DNA from: Caedibacter taeniospiralis
GTDB lineage: Bacteria > Pseudomonadota > Gammaproteobacteria > Francisellales > Francisellaceae
DNA: 32,000 bases
Direction of reading: 5' to 3'
Assembly: GCF_002803295.2 (NCBI RefSeq)
Contig: NZ_PGGB02000002.1
Coordinates: 103,476 to 135,475 of the forward strand
The notes beneath the pieces were generated by a model. It was not told the origin of the DNA. It did no database searches and saw only the letters and a program-made list of their open reading frames with translations. Made by a program: the position numbers and the translations under genes. This document shows, piece by piece, positions 19,122-29,140 of this stretch; within the stretch, counting starts at the first letter, position 1; every line of letters starts with the position of its first letter.

Positions 19122-19358
19122 ATGCCTACTGTGCTTAAAATTGGTTCATATCGATTTTTCTTTTACAGTAATGAGAGCGATGAACCTGCCCATATTCATG
19201 TTGAAAGAGAGGATAAGGAGGCTAAATTTTGGTTGGTAGATGTACGACTTGCTAGTTCATATGGTTTTACTACGCATGAATTAAATAAAATTAAACAAAT
19301 GGTGGTTGAGAACAAGAGAGTATTTTTGGAGAAGTGGTATGAATATTTTACATCATGA
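19122..19358 (+). CDS. DUF4160-like protein
   Basis: MPTVLKIGSYRFFFYSNESDEPAHIHVEREDKEAKFWLVDVRLASSYGFTTHELNKIKQMVVENKRVFLEKWYEYF; PTVL..GYRFFFYSNE..EPAHIHVE pattern of DUF4160. Confidence 0.85.
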   Translation: MPTVLKIGSYRFFFYSNESDEPAHIHVEREDKEAKFWLVDVRLASSYGFTTHELNKIKQMVVENKRVFLEKWYEYFTS

Positions 19359-19590
19359 AGCAATAGCGGATAACGTTTCATTTACGGATGATGAGTTGAT
19401 TGTTAGATTGAAGGACGCTCGCACTATTATCGTTCCTCTGATGTGGTACCCTAAGCTTGAAAATGCAACAAAAGAGCAACTCCTTAATTATCGACTGATC
19501 GCTGGAGGTAGGGGTATTCATTGGACAGATTTGGATGAGGATTTAAGTGTTAATGGATTTCTTAAAGGCATTTCCCTATCGGTTGCTTAG
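19339..19590 (+). CDS. DUF2442-like protein
   Basis: MNILHHEAIADNVSFTDDELIVRLKDARTIIVPLMWYPKLENATKEQLLNYRLIAGGRGIHWTDLDEDLSVNGFLKG; R.I.VPL.WYP.L..A...G.GIHW..LDEDLSV.G motif. Overlaps the preceding gene by 20 nt. Confidence 0.85.
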   Translation: MNILHHEAIADNVSFTDDELIVRLKDARTIIVPLMWYPKLENATKEQLLNYRLIAGGRGIHWTDLDEDLSVNGFLKGISLSVA

Positions 19591-19841
19591 ATGCCTAAAA
19601 TATATTTTAATTCGTTGCTATGAATAATCGTGGCGACAAAGGCGTCAACTAGGGCTCTGAATGTCATAAATACGGCGCTTCATCAAAGCGGAGTATAAAA
19701 TGAGCATTATTGAATAGAGGTGAGACCAAGGTGTGCTATTGTAATGCTTTTTAGTGCAAAGGACATGATCGTTATTGAGTTTGTGGCATATTTCTTATTA
19801 AATGAAGCATCGTTTACCTATACTTTGGACCTGTGTGATTT

Positions 19842-21767
19842 ATGCGATTTAGAAGATTAGCGTTGCTTGTCTCATCTGTCGTGCTTTTTTCAACAAGCTA
19901 TGCCATGGATAAGGTTGAACTCAGCAATTATCAGAAAGCAGAGAGCCTTTTAGTAAAGAGGGATTATCAAGCTTATTATCAGGTGAAAGCGAAATTGGCT
20001 AAAGCGCCGTTATATCCTTTCTTACAATATCAGGAAATTTCACTTGATCCTGATCATTTTAAACAGGAAACAATCGACAGCTATTTGACGCAAAATAAAG
20101 GAACTTTCTGGGCGAAACAGTTGAAAGAAGATCTGGCAAATTTTTATCTTAAAAAGCAAGATTGGCAAAATTTTTTACATTATTACGATAACAATCTGGG
20201 ATTTAATGGAAAATGTTATGTGGTACAAGCTGAGTATGCTATTGGGCAAAAAAGCATAGCAGTGAGCGAATTTACGGAGCTATGGTTATCACGTGCGCGC
20301 TTGCCTCAAGCATGTAATGAGTTTGAATCAATCTGGGGGAAAGAAGCTCACTTAGCTGAGCAACAAATTCGTTTAAAAGCCTATGCTTTGGCAAGCTCTG
20401 GTTATGTGGAACAAGCGGTGAAATGGATCACTAAAACACAAAATAAAGAGCTCCAAGGCTTTTATGCGCTATGGCTTAAGACCACTCAAAATCCTAATAA
20501 GTATATGGGTGATTGGACGTTACGGTATTATAAAATGAATGGTTTTTCAGCGGCAATGCTGAGTGTGATGGCAAATCTATCAGCTAAGGATACGCCTTAT
20601 GCTGAAAATCTTTGGCTCAAGTTTAAACAAAAGCATCTATTAGAGAAGAAGACGATAAACCTTGTCAATGCAGAAGTTGCCATTGCCTATGCAAGATCAC
20701 ACGACAAGCAAGCCATACAATGGCTGGATAAGATTGAAAACGAGTACGCTTCAAGTTTATTATGGCAGTGGCGTTTAAGAACGGCGATTTATTGGAGAGA
20801 TTATCAGCAGTATTTAACCTGGTATGACGAGCTTCCTAGTAACCTCAAAGGCGCAGATGAGTGGTGTTACTGGCAGGCAAAAAGCTATCAAGGATTAAAA
20901 GAAAATACGAAAGCACAACCGATATTAACCGAACTGGCTAAACAGACAAGTTATTACGGTTTTTTAGCGGCAGATGAGTTAGGCGTATCCTATGCCCTGA
21001 GTAATCAAGCGGCAAGGACAGATAAGAAAACAACGGATGAGGTTGGCAAAAATCAGACCGTTTTGCAGATTTTTGATTTATACCAGATTGGGAAATATGG
21101 CTTGTCTTATGCACTTTGGCGCTTTAGTCTCAATGGTTTTACCCTAGGTGAAAAGTTAGCTATTGCCACGCTTGCTGCCCAAAGGAAAGTCTATCAAATA
21201 TCAACAAGTGCTTACGCTAATGCAGGTGCAAGCGATGATCTTTGGGGTTTGTATCCATTAGCGTTTTGGGGAGATATTGAAAAGGCGGCAAAGGAGTTTG
21301 CCATCAAACCGGCGGTGATTATTTCCATGATGCGCCAGGAGTCTGCATTTCGCGTGCATGGTACCTCATCGGCTAGTGCGACAGGACTCATGCAGTTATT
21401 GCCGACAACGGCTGAATTTTTGGCAAAAAAATACCGTCTTGACTACAAAGAAGGTGACTTATATCAACCCGATAAGGTGATTATGTTAGGTGCTGCAAAT
21501 CTAAATTTCATGGATAAATTATTCAATAATAATTTAATTGTAAGCATGGCAGCATATAATGCAGGACAAGGCAATGTAGCAAAATGGTTGCCTGAACATG
21601 AACTTACCGCTGATCAGTGGATTGAAGTTATGCCATTTGCTGAGACGCGGCAGTACGTCAAAAATATCTTGCGTAATTTGGTGATTTATAATCAGGTGAT
21701 ATTAGGAAATAAGAAATTCCGATTGGCGCAGGTGATGCAAGGTGTGTCACGGAAAGATAAAACCTAA
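19842..21767 (+). CDS. slt: Soluble lytic murein transglycosylase
   Basis: 641 aa, alpha-superhelical N-terminal part and catalytic SLT domain: PAVIISMMRQESAFRVHGTSSASATGLMQLLPTTAEFLAKK...LGAANLNFMDKLFNNNLIVSMAAYNAGQGNVAKWL. Confidence 0.93.
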   Translation: MRFRRLALLVSSVVLFSTSYAMDKVELSNYQKAESLLVKRDYQAYYQVKAKLAKAPLYPFLQYQEISLDPDHFKQETIDSYLTQNKGTFWAKQLKEDLANFYLKKQDWQNFLHYYDNNLGFNGKCYVVQAEYAIGQKSIAVSEFTELWLSRARLPQACNEFESIWGKEAHLAEQQIRLKAYALASSGYVEQAVKWITKTQNKELQGFYALWLKTTQNPNKYMGDWTLRYYKMNGFSAAMLSVMANLSAKDTPYAENLWLKFKQKHLLEKKTINLVNAEVAIAYARSHDKQAIQWLDKIENEYASSLLWQWRLRTAIYWRDYQQYLTWYDELPSNLKGADEWCYWQAKSYQGLKENTKAQPILTELAKQTSYYGFLAADELGVSYALSNQAARTDKKTTDEVGKNQTVLQIFDLYQIGKYGLSYALWRFSLNGFTLGEKLAIATLAAQRKVYQISTSAYANAGASDDLWGLYPLAFWGDIEKAAKEFAIKPAVIISMMRQESAFRVHGTSSASATGLMQLLPTTAEFLAKKYRLDYKEGDLYQPDKVIMLGAANLNFMDKLFNNNLIVSMAAYNAGQGNVAKWLPEHELTADQWIEVMPFAETRQYVKNILRNLVIYNQVILGNKKFRLAQVMQGVSRKDKT

Positions 21768-21941
21768 CAAAAAGGCGCTGACGGCGAATTAGGGAGATTA
21801 AATCTGCCCAGGGCGTTGCGGAGGAGTTGTTATCGTTAAATTTCACCTTAGGACATTCTTTGCATGGAAAAGCTCGTGTTAATACATGTACAATGTGACC
21901 TTTGTGACTCAATAATGAATTTACTCAAAAGTAATAGGCGA

Positions 21942-22739
21942 ATGAATAATATAATTTTGAAAACACCCGAACAGATAGAAAAAATGCGCGTTGCAGGCCG
22001 TTTAGCTGCTGATGTGCTGGAGATGATAGGGCAACATGTTGTTCCGGGAGTAACCACCGAAGCATTGGATAAAATCTGTCATGATTACATCGTTAATGAG
22101 CAAGCCGCAATTCCTGCACCTTTGAAGTATCGAGGCTTCCCTAAGTCAATTTGCACGTCGATAAATCACGTGGTCTGCCATGGAATTCCCTCGGATAAAA
22201 AGCTTAAAGCTGGGGATATTATCAATATCGATGTGACGGTTATCAAAGATGGCTTTCATGGAGATACGAGTAAAATGTTTTTTGTGGGCGGGCGGGATAA
22301 GGCTTCGATATTGGCGCAGCGTCTAACCGATGTTACTTATGAGTGCCTGATGAGGGGAATTGAAGTAGTTAAACCTGGAAATAAGCTACTAGATGTTGCA
22401 AACGCTATAGAGAAACATGCAAAGTCGCATAATTTCTCGGTGGTTGAAGTGTTTTGTGGTCATGGCATTGGTCAGGCGTTCCACGAAGAACCACAGGTGC
22501 TTCACTATGTTTCCAAGTTGCCTCATGAGCATAAATGTTTGCAAACTGTGTTAAAACCTGGGATGACTTTTACGATTGAGCCGATGATTAATGCGGGTAA
22601 AAAACATGTCACTATATTGCGTGATGGCTGGACTGCCGTGACCAAGGATAAGAGTCTATCCGCTCAGTGGGAACATACTTTGGCAATCACAGAAATTGGC
22701 GTTGAAGTATTAACAAAGCGCCAAGATGAATCTATTTAG
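21942..22739 (+). CDS. map: Methionine aminopeptidase type I
   Basis: ILKTPEQIEKMRVAGRLAADVLEMIGQHVVPGVTTEALDKICHDYI, INHVVCHGIPSDKKLKAGDIINIDVTVIKDGFHGDTSKMFFVG, VEVFCGHGIGQAFHEEP. Track ORF starts upstream at 21864; 21942 fits family N-terminus. Confidence 0.96.
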   Translation: MNNIILKTPEQIEKMRVAGRLAADVLEMIGQHVVPGVTTEALDKICHDYIVNEQAAIPAPLKYRGFPKSICTSINHVVCHGIPSDKKLKAGDIINIDVTVIKDGFHGDTSKMFFVGGRDKASILAQRLTDVTYECLMRGIEVVKPGNKLLDVANAIEKHAKSHNFSVVEVFCGHGIGQAFHEEPQVLHYVSKLPHEHKCLQTVLKPGMTFTIEPMINAGKKHVTILRDGWTAVTKDKSLSAQWEHTLAITEIGVEVLTKRQDESI

Positions 22740-22749
22740 GTCGTCAATT

Positions 22750-23583
22750 ATGCTAAGCCAACACCAAGTCAATGAAGTTTGTCAAATGCTAAAACGTGAT
22801 GGTCAGGAGATTAGCATTGCCAAAGTGCGTAAATTCCTGGACAGGCATTATTCCTTTTTTGATGTGACAGATAAGGTGTTGCTGTACAAAGAAAACCCTG
22901 ATAAAGCGCGTGAAGTTGCTAAAAAAGAAGTGATTAAAACCACCGAAACTCCTGTCCAGGGCTTAGGTGCCGTGATCGATCGGGTGTTATTGTCTTGCGC
23001 GTTGCATGAACATAAACAGGTAGCGCTGAATTTGAAGGAAAAACTTCAAGCTCATGTCGATGAAGCCATTAAACTCAAGGTGTATCAATGTGAATTACAA
23101 CTTAAGAAAATTCGTCAAAAAAATGATCATTTAGAAGTAAATTTTTATGGTATGCAGGCAAGGTTGCAACAGTTAATCGAAGATCAAAAAGTGCTAAAGG
23201 AGCAAAATTATCTTTTGCAGCAGCAATTGCAGAAAGCACAGACGCAAAAAAATCATCGCATCGACGAGGAAGCTATTCAGCAGAAACCTGCACAAATGAG
23301 GGATTATCAAACACAAATAACGCTTCTTAATACTGAATGCTGTGCTGTGTATGATGTGCAAAGGCAGAGTATTGTGGTCAAACTTCCGCCAAAGCATAAG
23401 CTGGAAAAAGAGTTTCAAAAAGGAGTGAACAGCATGTACTTACGTGCCAATGCGGTTTATGATTTTGCTACAAAATACTGGTTTTTGGATCAATTCGAGA
23501 CCAAAACGATCAGCCTGTTAGTGCGAAATAATTTTGTTATTTCAAAAGAGTTGGCATATGTCCTGCAAAAGTTGCAGGAATGA
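22750..23583 (+). CDS. KfrA-like N-terminal domain plus coiled-coil protein, function unknown
   Basis: MLSQHQVNEVCQMLKRDGQEISIAKVRKFLD resembles the KfrA_N DNA-binding domain; Glu/Gln/Lys-rich coiled-coil middle (LQQLIEDQKVLKEQNYLLQQQLQKAQTQKNHR). Confidence 0.6.
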   Translation: MLSQHQVNEVCQMLKRDGQEISIAKVRKFLDRHYSFFDVTDKVLLYKENPDKAREVAKKEVIKTTETPVQGLGAVIDRVLLSCALHEHKQVALNLKEKLQAHVDEAIKLKVYQCELQLKKIRQKNDHLEVNFYGMQARLQQLIEDQKVLKEQNYLLQQQLQKAQTQKNHRIDEEAIQQKPAQMRDYQTQITLLNTECCAVYDVQRQSIVVKLPPKHKLEKEFQKGVNSMYLRANAVYDFATKYWFLDQFETKTISLLVRNNFVISKELAYVLQKLQE

Positions 23584-23669
23584 ATGTGAATTACTGGAGT
23601 TAGGTCTTTTAAAAGACTTGGTAAGTGTTAGAATATTGACGTTTTGATGAGTCTAAAGGTATCGAATAT

Positions 23670-23993
23670 ATGCCGTTTGTAGTAACCGAGAGTTGTATTA
23701 AGTGTAAATTTGGGGATTGTGTTGAAGTTTGCCCGGTTGATTGTTTCTATGAGGGTGAGAACATGCTGGTTATTAACCCTGATGAGTGTATTGATTGTGC
23801 GTTATGTGAGCCTGAGTGTCCTGTTAATGCTATTTACTCAGAGGATGAATTACCCGAAGATCAGTTAGAGTTTGTTGAGCTTAATCGCGAGTTGTCGCAA
23901 GTGTGGGACAATATCACCGAGAAGTGTGATCCGCCAGAAGATGCGGACAAATGGCGCGAGGTTAAAGAGAAACGCCAATATTTGATCAAGTAA
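23670..23993 (+). CDS. fdxA: 7Fe ferredoxin FdxA-like
   Basis: [55 protein letters not shown], two Cys-rich Fe-S motifs. Confidence 0.95.
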   Translation: MPFVVTESCIKCKFGDCVEVCPVDCFYEGENMLVINPDECIDCALCEPECPVNAIYSEDELPEDQLEFVELNRELSQVWDNITEKCDPPEDADKWREVKEKRQYLIK

Positions 23994-24013
23994 TTTGTAA
24001 AGTCGGAAATGTA

Positions 24014-24565
24014 ATGGAGCTGGCAAAACCCCAATTAGTCATATTGGATCGAGATGGTGTTATTAATGAAGACTCGGATGACTATATTAAATCAGTTGAC
24101 GAATGGCAGCCAATTGCAGGCAGTATAGAGGCGCTAAAGAAACTCAAACAAAATGAAATTAAAGTGGCAATTGCAACGAATCAGTCAGGAATTGCGCGAG
24201 GTTTATTTGACCTTTTTGATTTACATCAAATGCACCAGAAGCTTTATCAGTTACTGGCTGAAGACGCAGATGCTATTTGTCACATTGCCTGTTGTCCTCA
24301 TGCCCCAGATGATCAGTGTGATTGTCGAAAGCCTGGGATTGGGATGCTTCAAGAAATCAGTCAGAAGCTCAATATTGCACTAACACCAGAAGTATATTTT
24401 GTTGGTGATAGTTTTAAGGATGTTCAGGCAGCATTAAGAGCAAATTGCACGCCTGTACTGGTTAAAACGGGTAAAGGATTAAAAACATTGGCGCAGCATC
24501 AGCATGAGTTAGCTAAGATCATGGTATTTGATAGTTTACAGCAGTTTGTGGAGTCGATCGTATGA
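24014..24565 (+). CDS. gmhB: D-glycero-beta-D-manno-heptose-1,7-bisphosphate 7-phosphatase
   Basis: LVILDRDGVINEDSDDYIKSVDEWQPIAGSIEALKKL, ATNQSGIARGLFD, CCPHAPDDQCDCRKPGIGML, YFVGDSFKDVQAA (HAD family with Zn-binding Cys loop). Confidence 0.93.
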   Translation: MELAKPQLVILDRDGVINEDSDDYIKSVDEWQPIAGSIEALKKLKQNEIKVAIATNQSGIARGLFDLFDLHQMHQKLYQLLAEDADAICHIACCPHAPDDQCDCRKPGIGMLQEISQKLNIALTPEVYFVGDSFKDVQAALRANCTPVLVKTGKGLKTLAQHQHELAKIMVFDSLQQFVESIV

Positions 24566-25305
24566 AGTTAGTGCGCCTTTTGTGGCATAGTGTTTTATGG
24601 GTGCGCCAAATTATTTTTGTGGTGTATATGGCGATATTGACCATTGTCTTAGCCTCAGTAACGGTTATGCTGGGAGTGCTTAGGTTGCCGATCAGGGTGA
24701 AACTTATTCCTGCAAAAGTCTGGTCTGTACTCATACGCTCAGGGCTAGTCATTTTTTTATGGCTTCGAGTAAAGGTAGAAGGTAAAGAGAATTTGCTGAG
24801 TGAGCCATGTGTATATGTTTGTAAGCATCAATCTTCTTGGGAAACAGTTGTTTTTCATGGAATGTTACATAATATCTGTTTTGTTTTAAAGGAGGAGTTA
24901 CTAGGCGTGCCAGTGTTTGGGCATGGGCTTAAAGCGGTAGATAGTATTCCGATTGATCGCAAACAAAGTCTGAAGTCTTTTAAAAAAGTATTGCAGATGG
25001 GGAAAGCGCGTTTGCAATCAGGGTTAAGTATTGTAATCTTTCCTGAAGGAACACGCGTACCTGTCAAATCGTATCCAAAGTTTTATAAAACAGCGATTAC
25101 CTTAGCAAAATCGACAGGAGCGATGATAGTTCCCGTTGCACATAACTCAGGGAGGTTTTGGCCAAATAAGGCGGGATTGATCAAGCCTGGGGTGGTGACT
25201 TTGTCATTTGGACCTGCGATTTCACCGAGTGAGCTTGGGATAGATGAATTAAATGAACACTGTTATCAGTGGATTAATGACAAAGTTAAATCTATTGGTG
25301 GCTAG
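24562..25305 (+). CDS. plsC: 1-acyl-sn-glycerol-3-phosphate acyltransferase family
   Basis: [15 protein letters not shown] (NHxSxxD-related), [37 protein letters not shown]. Confidence 0.88.
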   Translation: MKLVRLLWHSVLWVRQIIFVVYMAILTIVLASVTVMLGVLRLPIRVKLIPAKVWSVLIRSGLVIFLWLRVKVEGKENLLSEPCVYVCKHQSSWETVVFHGMLHNICFVLKEELLGVPVFGHGLKAVDSIPIDRKQSLKSFKKVLQMGKARLQSGLSIVIFPEGTRVPVKSYPKFYKTAITLAKSTGAMIVPVAHNSGRFWPNKAGLIKPGVVTLSFGPAISPSELGIDELNEHCYQWINDKVKSIGG

Positions 25306-25322
25306 TTTTAAGGAGTAAGTTG

Positions 25323-26216
25323 ATGAAGATTACTAAGGCCGTGTTTCCTGTGGCAGGGTTTGGCACGCGTTTTTTACCCGCTACTAAAGCATCCCCTAAA
25401 GAAATGCTGACAGTTGTTGATAAGCCGTTGATTCAATATGCTGTAGAAGAAGCGATTGAAGCGGGTATTAATGAGTTGATTTTTGTGACGAGTACCCATA
25501 AGCGTGCGATTGAAGATCACTTTGACAAGAACTTTGAATTGGAGTATCACCTCGAACAAAAAGGAAAGCTTGATCTTCTGGAGTCTGTACGTAATATTCT
25601 ACCTGCAGGGGTCAACTGTGCGTATATCAGACAAAGGGAAGCGCTTGGCTTGGGACACGCGGTGCTATGTGCCAAGCCCCTGGTTGGGAATGAACCGTTT
25701 GCTGTACTATTGGCAGATGACTTAATTGATAACATCAATGGTGAGGGGGCGTTATCACAGCTCATGCGTCAATATTATTATCAAAAATGTGGTGTAATTG
25801 CGGTGCAAGAGGTGCCAAGAAAAGACACGGGATCTTATGGCATCGTTAAAACACGAGCGGATCAGAGCATTGAGGCGATTATTGAAAAGCCATCCCCTGA
25901 AAAAGCTCCATCAACGAGTGCTGTTGTTGGGCGTTATATTCTGCCTGGTGAAATTTTTGGTTATTTGGAAACCATTCCAAAAGGAGCAGGAGGCGAAATT
26001 CAACTTACCGATGCTCTTGCTAAATTGATTGAAACCCAGCGTCTAGTGGCGCATAACTTCAAGGGTACACGCTATGATTGTGGTGACAAACTAGGTTTTT
26101 TGATTGCTAATTTTGAGATGGCAACTCGAGATAAGCTGTTTGGACAAAAGTTTATGACTCATGTTCAGGCGATGTTAAGCACGGAAAAAGGAAATAAAAC
26201 AGAGAGTCAGAAATAG
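25323..26216 (+). CDS. galU: UTP--glucose-1-phosphate uridylyltransferase
   Basis: [53 protein letters not shown]; LADDLI; [16 protein letters not shown]. Confidence 0.97.
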   Translation: MKITKAVFPVAGFGTRFLPATKASPKEMLTVVDKPLIQYAVEEAIEAGINELIFVTSTHKRAIEDHFDKNFELEYHLEQKGKLDLLESVRNILPAGVNCAYIRQREALGLGHAVLCAKPLVGNEPFAVLLADDLIDNINGEGALSQLMRQYYYQKCGVIAVQEVPRKDTGSYGIVKTRADQSIEAIIEKPSPEKAPSTSAVVGRYILPGEIFGYLETIPKGAGGEIQLTDALAKLIETQRLVAHNFKGTRYDCGDKLGFLIANFEMATRDKLFGQKFMTHVQAMLSTEKGNKTESQK

Positions 26217-26807
26217 ATGAGTACAACAGGGGTGGTTTATGTTGTTTCGGCACCTTCAGGTGCTGGAAAAACTTCGTTGCTTAAGGCATTGGTGAAAATA
26301 CAGAAGGATATTGCCGTGAGTGTGTCGCACACTACGCGTAAACCTCGTTTGCAAGAGCTTGAGGGCGTGCACTATCACTTTGTCTCCAATACTGAGTTTG
26401 AGAAACTGATTGCCGAAGATGCGTTTATCGAATATGCCAGGGTTTTTGATCACTACTATGGAACCTCCAAAGCATCCGTTTCGGAACTAACAGAAAAGGG
26501 TTTAGATGTTATCTTGGAAATCGATTGGCAAGGTGCAAAGCAGGCTCGCAAAGTTTTTAAAGAGAACTGTGTGAGTATTTTTATTATGCCCCCTTCGTTA
26601 GCGGCGTTGCGTGAACGTTTGTTAGAGCGTGGACAAGATTCACAAGAGGTTATCGCAAGACGAATGGCGGCTGCCAAAAGTGAAGCTTCTCACGCCAAAG
26701 AATATGATTATGTCATTATCAATGATGACTTTGAGGAAGCCTTAAAGGATTTGAGAGCATGTTTTCGTGTGCAAAAGTTAAAATCCAATATAGGGTTCCA
26801 ACTGTGA
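26217..26807 (+). CDS. gmk: Guanylate kinase
   Basis: VYVVSAPSGAGKTSLLKALV, VSHTTRKPRLQELEGVHYHFV, YYGTSKASVSELTEKGLDVILEIDWQGAKQ. Confidence 0.97.
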   Translation: MSTTGVVYVVSAPSGAGKTSLLKALVKIQKDIAVSVSHTTRKPRLQELEGVHYHFVSNTEFEKLIAEDAFIEYARVFDHYYGTSKASVSELTEKGLDVILEIDWQGAKQARKVFKENCVSIFIMPPSLAALRERLLERGQDSQEVIARRMAAAKSEASHAKEYDYVIINDDFEEALKDLRACFRVQKLKSNIGFQL

Positions 26808-26832
26808 AACAAACAAATTAAGAAGGTTCGCG

Positions 26833-27645
26833 ATGATCAAAAAAATCAAGAAGACACTGATATTTTCAGCATTGTCATTTTCAGTGGCAAACAGTTATGA
26901 AGTATGTGGAATAGACAAGGTGGGTTGCTCATTAATTTCTATTTCTCCCGCGATTGGCTATTACAAATATGAAGAGCCCAAGATTCATACGCCGCAAGGG
27001 CAAAAGTACATGAATATCAAGGGAGTGAGCTTTCGCCTGGATGGTGCTTATCAATACATCGATCGCAATCGTGTTACTTTAATCGTTGATGGCGAGCTTG
27101 CCTTTGTCAATGGTAAATATGATGGATTCCTCCAAAATGGAGAGCCGTTTCAGATGAGTAATGACGATAGCTACATTTTAGGTGTTTCACCCAAAATTGG
27201 TTATGTTTTCTCCTGGCAAGGTGTAGGGGTAAATTTAACTCCTTTTGTTGGCTTGGGGTACCGTTTTCTAGACAATGACACATCAGGTACTTCTGGGGGA
27301 TATAAAAGGATTTCCAATTACTTTTATATCCCCATAGGGGTCGACTTTGATTGGCGTAAGAATAAATTTATGTTGCAGTCAAGGGTTGAGTTTGATGGAT
27401 TGATTCAAGGCGTTCAATATTCGAGTGTCGATGGTGGGGTTACTAATGACCAGCGTGAGGGCTGGGGGGCTAATGCTTATGTGTTATTGGGGCGTGATCA
27501 GGGAGGTTGGGCGTGGCTTGTCGGCCCGTATGTTAAATACTGGAAGATGCAAACCTCAGAGACTTCAACGGGCAATACCGGAAATTGGGTGGAACCCGAG
27601 AATAATACGTTAGAAAGTGGTGTGCAGTTCAAGTTTATTTTCTAA
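26833..27645 (+). CDS. Putative outer-membrane beta-barrel protein, function unknown
   Basis: Signal peptide-like N-terminus, alternating hydrophobic/aromatic beta-strand pattern (ISISPAIGYYKYEE, ILGVSPKIGYVFSW, VNLTPFVGLGYRF) and terminal Phe (FKFIF), typical of OM barrels. Confidence 0.65.
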   Translation: MIKKIKKTLIFSALSFSVANSYEVCGIDKVGCSLISISPAIGYYKYEEPKIHTPQGQKYMNIKGVSFRLDGAYQYIDRNRVTLIVDGELAFVNGKYDGFLQNGEPFQMSNDDSYILGVSPKIGYVFSWQGVGVNLTPFVGLGYRFLDNDTSGTSGGYKRISNYFYIPIGVDFDWRKNKFMLQSRVEFDGLIQGVQYSSVDGGVTNDQREGWGANAYVLLGRDQGGWAWLVGPYVKYWKMQTSETSTGNTGNWVEPENNTLESGVQFKFIF

Positions 27646-27695
27646 TAGATAAAACTGCATTTTTCAGAGAATAAACTTAAAGGTAGATAACTATT

Positions 27696-29123
27696 GTGAC
27701 TAGAAAAGTAAAAACCCGTTTTGCTCCAAGTCCTACGGGGTACTTGCATGTCGGTGGTGCACGAACGGCATTATTTTCATGGGTATATGCACGCAAAAAC
27801 CATGGTGAGTTTGTGTTAAGAATTGAAGACACGGATCTTGAGCGCTCGACACCAGAAGCCGTACAAGCAATTCTAGATGGCATGGATTGGCTCGGTCTTT
27901 ATGCCGATGATGTGCCTTATTATCAAACACAGCATTTTGCGCGTTACAAGGAAGTCATCGAGCAATTATTGCAGCAAAATAAAGCCTATCGCTGCTACTG
28001 TTCGCGCGAACGTTTAGAGGCATTACGAGAGTCGCAGATGGCAAACAAAGAAAAGCCTCGCTATGATCGACATTGCCGTCATTTATCTGTGAATGAGCAA
28101 GAACCTTCCATGCCACACGTTATTCGTTTTAAAAATCCAGAAAATGGTGTGGTCACCTGGCGTGATGCAGTCAAGGGTGAGATCAGCATTGCGAATGCTG
28201 AGCTTGATGATTTAATTATTCAACGCACAGATAGCGCGCCAACCTATAATTTTTGTGTGGTTGTTGATGATATTGATATGCAAATCACGCATGTTGTGCG
28301 TGGAGATGATCATGTTAATAATACCCCAAGGCAAATCAATTTATATCATGCCTTATCTGCTGAGATTCCCGTGTTTGCTCATGTGCCGATGATTTTGGGA
28401 GATGACGGTAAAAAACTGTCAAAGCGCCATGGTGCGGTAAGTGTCATGCAATACAAAGAAGAAGGTTATTTGCCAGAGGCCTTGATTAACTATCTTATTC
28501 GCCTAGGTTGGTCGCATGGTGATCAGGAAGTCTTTAGCATGGAGGAGATCCTGAAGTATTTTGAATTGGATGATATTAATGCCTCAGCCTCCGCATTTAA
28601 CACAGAAAAACTCAATTGGCTAAATCAATATTATCTGCGTCACTTGCCTGCTGAAGAGATTGCTAAACATTTAACTTACCATTTTGTACAAGCGGGACTG
28701 GACATCAGTCATGGTCCCGCGCTTGAAACGCTTATTCCAGTGATGGCAGAAAAGGTAAAAACATTAAAAGAACTCGTACAGCAATCTGTTTATTTCTATC
28801 AGGATTTTGACACCTATGATGAAAAGGCGTCGCTCAAGCATCTCTCACAAGAGGCGATTATAGTGCTAAAAACAGTCAATAATAAGTGCGAACTATTAAC
28901 CACTGAACAGTGGCAGGATGAGCATGTGCTTCACATGGTACTTAAAGATGTTGCTACTGAATTAAATCTAGGGATGGGCAAAGTCGGGATGCCTGTGCGT
29001 GTTGCCGTGACGGGTTCAGGGCAATCGCCAGATATTGGTATTACCTTAAAATGGTTAGGGAAGCACAGGGTGATCGAACGTTTGCAAAAAGCTCTTGATT
29101 TTATTCAATGCAAAGAACAATAA
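27696..29123 (+). CDS. gltX: Glutamyl-tRNA synthetase (GTG start)
   Basis: [63 protein letters not shown] (KLSKR motif). Confidence 0.97.
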   Translation: MTRKVKTRFAPSPTGYLHVGGARTALFSWVYARKNHGEFVLRIEDTDLERSTPEAVQAILDGMDWLGLYADDVPYYQTQHFARYKEVIEQLLQQNKAYRCYCSRERLEALRESQMANKEKPRYDRHCRHLSVNEQEPSMPHVIRFKNPENGVVTWRDAVKGEISIANAELDDLIIQRTDSAPTYNFCVVVDDIDMQITHVVRGDDHVNNTPRQINLYHALSAEIPVFAHVPMILGDDGKKLSKRHGAVSVMQYKEEGYLPEALINYLIRLGWSHGDQEVFSMEEILKYFELDDINASASAFNTEKLNWLNQYYLRHLPAEEIAKHLTYHFVQAGLDISHGPALETLIPVMAEKVKTLKELVQQSVYFYQDFDTYDEKASLKHLSQEAIIVLKTVNNKCELLTTEQWQDEHVLHMVLKDVATELNLGMGKVGMPVRVAVTGSGQSPDIGITLKWLGKHRVIERLQKALDFIQCKEQ

Positions 29124-29140
29124 ATACTAGGAGCAATTGC

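Noticed and set aside
21768-21863. Possible dispersed repeat or regulatory segment between slt and map (ggcgctgacggcgaattagggagattaaatctgcccagggcgttgcggaggag)
   Set aside because: It looks unusually GC-rich versus its surroundings, but I found no strong inverted repeat and cannot count copies without a search.
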